Source: Armatimonadota bacterium | GTDB taxonomy: Bacteria > Armatimonadota > Zipacnadia > Zipacnadales > UBA5352 | NCBI GenBank assembly: GCA_034722055.1 | Contig: JAYENL010000260.1 | Coordinates: 1 to 22,694, forward strand | Direction: 5' to 3' | DNA length: 22,694 nt | In this document: positions 9,501-15,200 of the stretch, one piece after another | Numbering within the stretch: position 1 is the first letter of the stretch | Layout of the letters: every line of letters begins with the position of its first letter | Notes under the pieces: generated by a model | Databases searched by the model: none | What the model saw: only the letters and a program-made list of their open reading frames with translations | Told to the model about the DNA's origin: nothing | Made by a program: the position numbers and the translations under genes

Positions 9501-10171
9501 AGCTCTGCCTCGTAGCTGACCGCGCCCCACCGAGCCACCGCCGAGGGCAGCACCGGGCGCGAGAGGACCGTGCCGGTCTGCGCCTCCGGCCCGGCGGGAA
9601 CGCCCCTGAGCACCGCTGGGTCGAGCTCCGGGTTTGCGCTGAAGACGATGCAGTCCAGCTTGGCGCCGCCCAGCCAGTTGTGCAGCCGGAACCGGTGCTG
9701 GCCCGCACTGAGGGAGTACTCGGCCAGCGGCGTCCAGTACCATTCGCCGAAGACGCGCTGGTTGCTGTCCCGGATCTGCTGCTCACCGCCGCCGTCCATG
9801 GACTCCACGTGCGTCCAGCTCGCCGGGAAGGGCAGCAGCGCCCGCGCCCAGCCCTGATATGTCCCCGCCTCGGCGATCCGCAGCGGGAACTCAGCATTGG
9901 TGACGCGCGCCAGGCACCGTCCGCCGCCGCAGTCGGGGTCCTCGAGGACGTCATGGCCCTCCTGCATCGTCAGGTTCTCGGCATCCTCAGCCTCCAGGTA
10001 GAGTGTCTCCTCATTCCACAGCGCCGACCACAGGCCGGCGCCGGTGGGCGAGACGTAGCAGCCCCGGCCCTCCGCCAGCGCCAGGGGGACGCTGACCCCC
10101 TCCTGCGCCCGAGCCGCGCTGAAGCCGATGATGATGGTGGCGATGCAGATGAGGGGCAGTGATCGGGACAT
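6581..10171 (-). CDS. Large secreted DUF6259-like putative glycoside hydrolase with N- and C-terminal CBM-like domains
   Basis: Signal peptide (ICIATIIIGFSAARA); LYLEAED CBM-like start; beta-sandwich with HPGDWHWAADAYR; TIM-barrel-like core with VHEQGGRVTAYMN and GIDGVYIDQ (candidate Asp nucleophile) and IAIEG; C-terminal CBM4/9-like domain; RBS GGAGGT. Confidence 0.7.
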   Translation of the reverse strand: MSRSLPLICIATIIIGFSAARAQEGVSVPLALAEGRGCYVSPTGAGLWSALWNEETLYLEAEDAENLTMQEGHDVLEDPDCGGGRCLARVTNAEFPLRIAEAGTYQGWARALLPFPASWTHVESMDGGGEQQIRDSNQRVFGEWYWTPLAEYSLSAGQHRFRLHNWLGGAKLDCIVFSANPELDPAVLRGVPAGPEAQTGTVLSRPVLPSAVARWGAVSYEAELNEGAVSAEVSADGGDRWVAADRISDLPTRGDGTDALLVRFTLTAAEDGGSPVVRAATLGLQLAPDAEAVLETDHYRIAVARDTGRLAGILNRATGTAATPLHLQESFVGLAVREPGGSEMTLIPPDELQFEGLAERPDGLAVEFSAADGSIRSRVEMSADGTPLSDWTITVANRSDLEVIRVDFPLLRNAAIADFRDDEVVIPKTGGWRIEQPASSKTWTAWYLGSASMSWMDLCDAEAGLYLAMLDRELTTTEIESAPAAGNRGADLSMRTHTLIGPGEAKTRRYQVGVHPGDWHWAADAYREWALSWMEPPDNPEWVQWTDGWVGAMAVPFDHMTGKLAQARHQGISYLQYWGQMADGIDQCCGNFYWPAPALGGAEGFREGIAAVHEQGGRVTAYMNCQTWTPDSAINDALRRTPKSELPREALSLIHPIDWFNRWRLYQIDGEAQGYYASTLGWYIMCPASTGFQEHLRFWVADMYAHRFGIDGVYIDQTGATGAKPCYNLDHGHDDIGDWGSGNVQMLRTSLAAAREVRPEFIIAIEGCGDALGQYASLHLISGLCTHPEVYHYTFPEHILISGLSNASHLSLHQRISRAFLNGDRFDSRIRRAGLESALRLRRRIRRWLYPARFMDTIGLQVSDDQVLARWNRLAEDGERALVLTFDNEQRVEGARCSLELPEGWPRPQRVAIYDREGEARVEEPRVTDGALQIEVPASTISAAVALYEVAPHHAVDVWQASEGEGGESTSLDLRGVNLTEEPVMARVAMQARPPLRVAEEPLALTIPASGVARAEMDVEGVADLQRPTLVMLRVSWPGGERQSIAELRPLLLNPGMSLNDDGDDTPDYWIASGTTHSFPRGVEEGSAWIGGMPEEVIFFRQRVPLQPETEYFFAAEIKRSEGEGNVSAAVVEHVGERGLRVHKIGTNEEATTDTWERFETTFTTGAEFRTAAVYLYNTKSQRRAWFRTLELRKVE

Positions 10172-10272
10172 GGTGTGACCTCCGCTAGTGATCTGCGGTC
10201 CGACCTCTTGCGCCCGTCATCAGGGGTCCGGTGACTTCCGCCCGGGAATGACAGCAACCATCGCTGGGCTGG

Positions 10273-10309
10273 GGGCGCGCTCGCCCGCACGCCGTGACTG
10301 GTGGCGTGC
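10273..10309 (-). terminator. Two small GC hairpins just after the aldo/keto reductase stop (possible terminator or mRNA-stabilising structure)
   Basis: GCACGCC(10287-10293)/GGCGTGC(10303-10309) and GGGCG-cgct-CGCCC (10273-10286). No U-tract, so weak. Confidence 0.25.
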
Positions 10310-10315
10310 AGCGTC

Positions 10316-11392
10316 TCAGTCCAGGCTCCGCCGCTGCGTGCCCGGCGGCCGGGAGCTGTCCACGAGCTCGTGCGCCCGCCAGTTGCCCTCGTTGGCCGCC
10401 GCGCGGGCGTGGGCCCACACCACGCGGTCGTAGTAGTCGCTCACCGTGCTGCCGGGCGGGCAGATCTCGTCGATGCGCTGCAGCTCCTCATCGCTCAGCT
10501 CCACCTCGCACGCCCTGACCGCCGAGCGCAGGTGCTCCACCGTGCGGCAGCCCACGATCGCCGAGCTGATAAAGGGCTGCTGCATAACCCATGCGATGGA
10601 CAGCTCCGCCAGCGTGCAGTCGCGACCCTCCGCCAACGGCCGCAACTGCTCCACGCGCTCGTAGGCGCCCTCGGTGAGCAGGTAGTGGTCGGGGCCGGCT
10701 CTCCTGAGGCGCGCGTCCTCGGGCGGCTCCTCATCGCGGTGGTACTTGCCCGAGAGAATCCCCTGGCACAGCGGCCCGAAGGTGCACAGGCCGATACCCT
10801 GCCGCAGGCACAGCCACGCCATCTCGTTCTCTAGCCGGCGGTCCAGCAGGTTGTAGGGCGACTGCTCCACCACCACCTGCGGCTGCCCCATGAACTGCGC
10901 CCGGAGGCGCATCTCGCAGACCAGGGAGCTGGGCCACTTGGAGGTGCCGATGTAAAGGATCTTGCCCTGCTGCTGCAGGTCGTCGAGCGTCTCCAGGATC
11001 TCGTTGACCGGCGTGGTGGGATCGACCACGTGCAGGTAGTAGAGGTCGACGCGGTCGGTCTGCAGCCGCCGGAGGCTGGCCTCCACCGCTCGCGTGAGGT
11101 GCTGGCGGCTGGCGCCCCAGTGGTTGGGGCCGTCACCCATCTTCCAGACGGCCTTCGTGGCCAGCACGATCTCGTCCCGCCGGCCGGTGTCAGCCAGCCA
11201 CCGGCCGATGAACTCCTCCGAGCCACCCCGCCGGTATACGTCGGCGGTGTCGAAGAAGTTCACGCCCGCATCCGCCGCCTCGCTCATGATCCGGTGCGCC
11301 TCGTCCTCGTCCGTCCGCGCCGCGTAGCTCATCGTCCCCAGGCAGAGCTTGGAGACGCGCATCCCGCTGCGGCCGAGCTGTCGGTATTCCAT
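10316..11392 (-). CDS. Aldo/keto reductase (AKR12/Tas-YajO-like)
   Basis: MEYRQLGRSGMRVSKLCLGTM, NFFDTADVY, IVLATK, SLRRLQTDRVDLYYLH (D/Y/K/H tetrad), QSPYNLL, PLCQGILSGKY; RBS GGAGG. Confidence 0.95.
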   Translation of the reverse strand: MEYRQLGRSGMRVSKLCLGTMSYAARTDEDEAHRIMSEAADAGVNFFDTADVYRRGGSEEFIGRWLADTGRRDEIVLATKAVWKMGDGPNHWGASRQHLTRAVEASLRRLQTDRVDLYYLHVVDPTTPVNEILETLDDLQQQGKILYIGTSKWPSSLVCEMRLRAQFMGQPQVVVEQSPYNLLDRRLENEMAWLCLRQGIGLCTFGPLCQGILSGKYHRDEEPPEDARLRRAGPDHYLLTEGAYERVEQLRPLAEGRDCTLAELSIAWVMQQPFISSAIVGCRTVEHLRSAVRACEVELSDEELQRIDEICPPGSTVSDYYDRVVWAHARAAANEGNWRAHELVDSSRPPGTQRRSLD

Positions 11393-11576
11393 CTCGCTCG
11401 TCCCTCCGGTCAGTCATCTCGGATCGCACTGCTGCGTCGAGTATCGATTCCGGCCTCCGGCGAGCGTCTCCTGCCTCCCTGGTCGGTGTGTATCCACGGT
11501 CCGCCTTGCCTTTGCCGGCCCGAGCGTTTCCACGCGGCAGGAGCCCCACGTGCGAATGCGCGGCCGGTCTCGGGGC

Positions 11577-12980
11577 CTACCAGTCGTAGTGCCGCACCGG
11601 CAGCGGGTCGCGCGACTGCGCTACGCGGTCCAGCAGCAGCCGCTGCATCTCCGCGCGCTGTGACGCGTACCCCGGGTCGCCCCAGAGGTTGCGGAACTCG
11701 CCGGGGTCCTCGCGCAGGTCGTAGAGCTCCCCGAAGTCCTCGCCCGGGTAGTGGATCAGCTTCCAGTCCTGGGTGCGCACGGCCCACTGCTCGACGCGCT
11801 CTGGGTTGAGGCCCCGGGCCGCCAGGTCCGGCGCCTGCCGCTCCTGCAGCAGCACCGACTCCCGGCCGCGCGCGCCCTCCTCGCCGTGCAGGATTGGCGC
11901 CATCGACCGCCCCTGCACCCCCGGTGGGCAGTCCACCCCGCACAGCTCCAGGATGGTGGGCATCACATCGACGCCCTCCACCAGCTCCTCGGTCACCGCC
12001 CCGGACGCCCCACCCGGTATGCGCCAGATCATGGGCACGTTCGCGACCTGGTCGAACAGGAAGGGCCCGTGCCGCCACTGGAAGTGGTCGTTGAGTGACA
12101 GACCGTGGTCGGCCACCAACAGCACCACGGTCTCCTCCGCCACGCCCGCCTCCTCCAGCGCCTCCATCAGCCGCCCGAACTGGTGGTCGATGAAGCGCAT
12201 CTGGTCGTAGTAGCTGGCGATGTAGCGCCGCAGCGTGGGCTCGTCGGGCTGGCGACCGTTGGCAACGTAGCCCTCATAGCACTCCCGGTAGAAGGGGGGC
12301 TTGCCCTCCAGGTCCTCCGCGCGCAGCTCCGGGACCGGCACGTCCGCGGGATCGTAATGACCCGCCCAGCCCTCCGGAGGCGTGCACGGCGGCGACAGCT
12401 CATGGTAGGAGCAGTGGCAGTAGAAGGGCGACCCGCTCTTGGCCTGCCGGTGGATGAAGTCGATGGCCCGGCCCGTGATCCACTGCAGCTCGTGGGCCTC
12501 CTGGGGCATGCCGCGCCGCATCCGCGCCCGCTCTGACAGCTCCGGATGCTGCTCGTCGATGAACTGCAGGTACTCCTCGCCCAGGCGGTTCTCGCTGATG
12601 TGCACCTCGCCAAAGCCGTAGTAGGGCCCCTGGATTATGGGGACGTTGCCGGTGTACTGCTGCTGGGGCTCGAGGTGGATCTTGCCCGCCGCGCAGGTGG
12701 CGTAGTCGGCCTCCCGCAGCACCTGCGGCATGGTCACCTCGCTGTCTCGCAGCCGGACGCCGTTCGCCCACACTCCGTGCACGTGCGGGTAGCGGCCGGT
12801 GTAGAGTGAGGCCCGATTGGGCATGCACACCGAGTGCGTGCCGAAGGCCCGCTCGAATCGGACCCCCTGGCCCGCAAAGGCGTCGATGTGCGGAGTCTCC
12901 AGCAGGTCATTGCCGTAGCAGCCGAGGGTGTCCTTCCTGTGCCCGTCGGTGATGAAGAGTAAAACATTATGTTGGCTCAT
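11577..12980 (-). CDS. Cytoplasmic formylglycine-dependent (S1) sulfatase
   Basis: NVLLFITD, active-site CMPNRASLYTGRYP (CxPxR), GKIH, ADHG, ELYDLREDPGE; no signal peptide. Start overlaps the LSR stop, and the RBS GAGGTG lies inside the LSR coding sequence. Confidence 0.92.
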   Translation of the reverse strand: MSQHNVLLFITDGHRKDTLGCYGNDLLETPHIDAFAGQGVRFERAFGTHSVCMPNRASLYTGRYPHVHGVWANGVRLRDSEVTMPQVLREADYATCAAGKIHLEPQQQYTGNVPIIQGPYYGFGEVHISENRLGEEYLQFIDEQHPELSERARMRRGMPQEAHELQWITGRAIDFIHRQAKSGSPFYCHCSYHELSPPCTPPEGWAGHYDPADVPVPELRAEDLEGKPPFYRECYEGYVANGRQPDEPTLRRYIASYYDQMRFIDHQFGRLMEALEEAGVAEETVVLLVADHGLSLNDHFQWRHGPFLFDQVANVPMIWRIPGGASGAVTEELVEGVDVMPTILELCGVDCPPGVQGRSMAPILHGEEGARGRESVLLQERQAPDLAARGLNPERVEQWAVRTQDWKLIHYPGEDFGELYDLREDPGEFRNLWGDPGYASQRAEMQRLLLDRVAQSRDPLPVRHYDW

Positions 12981-14484
12981 CGAGATTCACCTCGTCGATG
13001 CCTCGAAGCGGGGACCAGAATGACGGTAGTCGCACCGTTCGGGGAGCGATGTCCTCCAGGGTGTGGTGCATCCGGATCCGGTTCCCCCACACCTCTACGT
13101 AGGAATACACGCGGCCGAGGAAGTCTCGGCGACGGGCCACGTCGTCGGACTCGCGGATAGCCTCGATAGCCGCGAGGCCTGCCTCCCGCATCCAGCGGGC
13201 GTCGCGTTCGGGCACATCCGCCTGTGCCTCCAAACGTCTCAGCCGCTGCCGGAGTCGATCACGGCGGTCAATCAAGGGCGCGTTCAACTGCGGCAGCATA
13301 TCCTCCGGCAGGGCATCGGCGTGGGCGGCGCGGACATTGGTGGCGATCTCGTCCTCCACGCTGGCCACTTCGTCGCGGAGTTGTTGCTGCTCACCGCGAT
13401 GGTGACGGGACTGCCGGCGCTGCTGATGGATACGCGCCGCCCGCTCCAAGTGTTCGTCGGTGATCAGCCGTCCCAGCCACGCCCACAGGATGGCTTCGAC
13501 CGCCTCCGCACGGGTGTTCCACGGCGGATGGCGCTGGTCTTCCGGGAGGTCGAGCCGTGCGGCGCACACGTAGTAGGTCCGCTGGCCCGCGACGGCTACG
13601 TTGGTGTTGACTGGTCCGCCGCAAACCCCGCACTGCATCAGTGGCGTGAGGGTGGTGCTTCGGCTGCGGGGGTGCACATCCGCCCGCTGACGCAGCCGCC
13701 GCTGCACATTCTGCCAGCGTTCGCTGCCGATAATGGCTTCATGCTGGCCTGGATACGTCTCGTCCCGGTGGACGACGAGACCGCGATAGACCGGATTGTA
13801 GAGCATACGCCCGACCTGTCCCGCACTCCACCGCCCAGCCCCGCGGACTTTAGGAACGCCCCGGCGATTACACTCCTGTGCCAGCTCCTGTAGAGACGCG
13901 CCATGGGCGTAGCGGTCAAACAGCCAGCGGACTAACTCGGCGTCCTCCGGTACGATGACGATGGGTTCGTCGGGGATGGGATTGCCGCGCTCGTCGACCT
14001 GCTTGCGGTAGCCCATAGCTGGCGGGCCCAGGGTAAGGCCGTGCTGAGCGCGCTCGGCGATGCCGCGCCGGCTGCGCCGGCGGATGCGCCGCAGTTCGTC
14101 GGCGGCCACCGCAGCCTTGATGTCCAGCAGCAGCCGCTGGTCCTCGTCGGCGTAGTCGGCGCTGTCGGAGACGGAGTAGAGGTGGTAGCCGGCCTGCACC
14201 AGCTCGTTCGCCAAGATCAGATGCTGGGCGTAGTCCCGGTGGAGCCGATCCAGATCCACCACATACAGGCCGTCGGCGTCGCCGGCCTCCAGCCGCTCAT
14301 GCGCCTCTCGCAGGCCGGGACGGTCAGGGTCATCGCCATGTTGCGCCGGGTCCCGGATGACCCCCACCACAGCGTCGCCGCGGGCTTCGGCCCGCTCCCG
14401 GCACAGACGCTCCTGCGCCGGCAGGCTGTAGCCGTGTTCGGCCTGGTCGGGGGTGCTCACCCGACAGTAGATGAGGACATTCAT
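12967..14484 (-). CDS. Large serine recombinase / integrase (resolvase catalytic + recombinase + Zn-ribbon + coiled-coil)
   Basis: YCRVST catalytic Ser, GYSLPAQ, DRPGL, DLDRLHR, GPPAMGY, LYNPVYRG...HEAII..W (recombinase domain), CGVCG...YYVC Zn ribbon, coiled coil; 505 aa. Confidence 0.93.
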   Translation of the reverse strand: MNVLIYCRVSTPDQAEHGYSLPAQERLCRERAEARGDAVVGVIRDPAQHGDDPDRPGLREAHERLEAGDADGLYVVDLDRLHRDYAQHLILANELVQAGYHLYSVSDSADYADEDQRLLLDIKAAVAADELRRIRRRSRRGIAERAQHGLTLGPPAMGYRKQVDERGNPIPDEPIVIVPEDAELVRWLFDRYAHGASLQELAQECNRRGVPKVRGAGRWSAGQVGRMLYNPVYRGLVVHRDETYPGQHEAIIGSERWQNVQRRLRQRADVHPRSRSTTLTPLMQCGVCGGPVNTNVAVAGQRTYYVCAARLDLPEDQRHPPWNTRAEAVEAILWAWLGRLITDEHLERAARIHQQRRQSRHHRGEQQQLRDEVASVEDEIATNVRAAHADALPEDMLPQLNAPLIDRRDRLRQRLRRLEAQADVPERDARWMREAGLAAIEAIRESDDVARRRDFLGRVYSYVEVWGNRIRMHHTLEDIAPRTVRLPSFWSPLRGIDEVNLDEPT

Positions 14485-14499
14485 CGCTGACCGCCTGTT

Positions 14500-14545
14500 T
14501 GGACGACAAGGCCCTCGTGACCGGCAACAAGCTCATTGTCGTCCA
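14500..14545. promoter_or_regulatory. 46-bp dyad (att-like site or operator) immediately upstream of the LSR start
   Basis: TGGACGACAA (14500-14509) / TTGTCGTCCA (14536-14545) perfect 10-bp arms. Counted by hand, 17 of 23 positions are symmetric about the central CG at 14522-14523. It lies 15 nt from the LSR ATG. Function is inferred. Confidence 0.5.
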
Positions 14546-14701
14546 GGAATCCGTAGGATGAACAAATTCATGCATGCCATGTGCGGTACACGCCGCGTCT
14601 TCGTAGATCTCATCGCAGACGAGGTGGATCGCTATTCAGCAGCGTCTACCACTCGTGGCACCGCACGTTCCCGTCTCTCCGTATCGGCTTCCGCAGACAT
14701 A

Positions 14702-14851
14702 GGTGTGAATGAGGAGGACGTTATGATCGCCGTATCCCGGGAACTGCTTGATGTGCTCAGCAAGCTGATCGGCGTGCTCTGCCTTGTACTAGACAGCAAA
14801 CAACACCGGCTTCTCGACACACTCTCCGTCTTTCTGTACCCGTAACTCCCA
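14702..14851 (-). pseudogene. Possible degenerate fragment of a type III restriction Res-like SF2 helicase gene
   Basis: Minus frame reads WELRVQKDGECVEKPVLFAV*YKAEHADQLAEHIKQFPGYGDHNVLLIHT with an internal TAG (14789-14791). It resembles the KPxLFV...A.EVAEYL...VLVIHT segment recalled from Res-subunit helicases. Similarity by eye only. Confidence 0.3.
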
Positions 14852-15200
14852 CGGTTACGAGCACATCCCGAAGGACGCTTATGTTGCCGTCTTCAGCCGG
14901 ACAGCTTCGAATCGTGGCGCTTAACGGAGCAATTCCGAGCCCCACCATCTGTCTCCTTCCTCATCCCGGCCATGGGCCAGTCGTCCTGGTGCCAACCAGG
15001 GCCAGCTGCGCGTCGGCGGGCAGTCCTCTCGCAACTTGGCAGCGCTCGGAATACCGCCAAGAGGGACCGCAGAGCAGCTCCGCCGGCTCCCTTCACGGGC
15101 CGATAGATGGCGGAGAGTAGCGCAGCAGGTCGCGCCGGGCCTGCATGGTCTGATGATCACCAAGGGCGAACGGGCCCAGTAACTCCGGCTGTCCGTCGGG

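Noticed and set aside
55..10162. Long plus-strand ORFs (55-1143, 1692-2876, 2934-5465, 6545-7951, 7973-10162)
   Set aside because: Antisense shadows of well-supported minus-strand genes in high-GC DNA; no family motifs.
10215..10252. GTCAT...GGGAATGAC resembling GTCATTCCCGCG-type palindromic repeats
   Set aside because: Too degenerate and single-copy within the window.
11393..11576. CTCCTGCC/GGCAGGAG inverted pair and a possible -10 element upstream of the AKR gene
   Set aside because: An 8-bp GC-rich match about 60 nt apart is expected by chance; no convincing -35/-10 pair or riboswitch consensus.
14471..14845. 124-aa plus-strand ORF as a full gene
   Set aside because: It overlaps the LSR start head-to-head, runs through the dyad and has no RBS or motifs. 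Only the last 40 codons have an RBS (kept as a low-interest finding).
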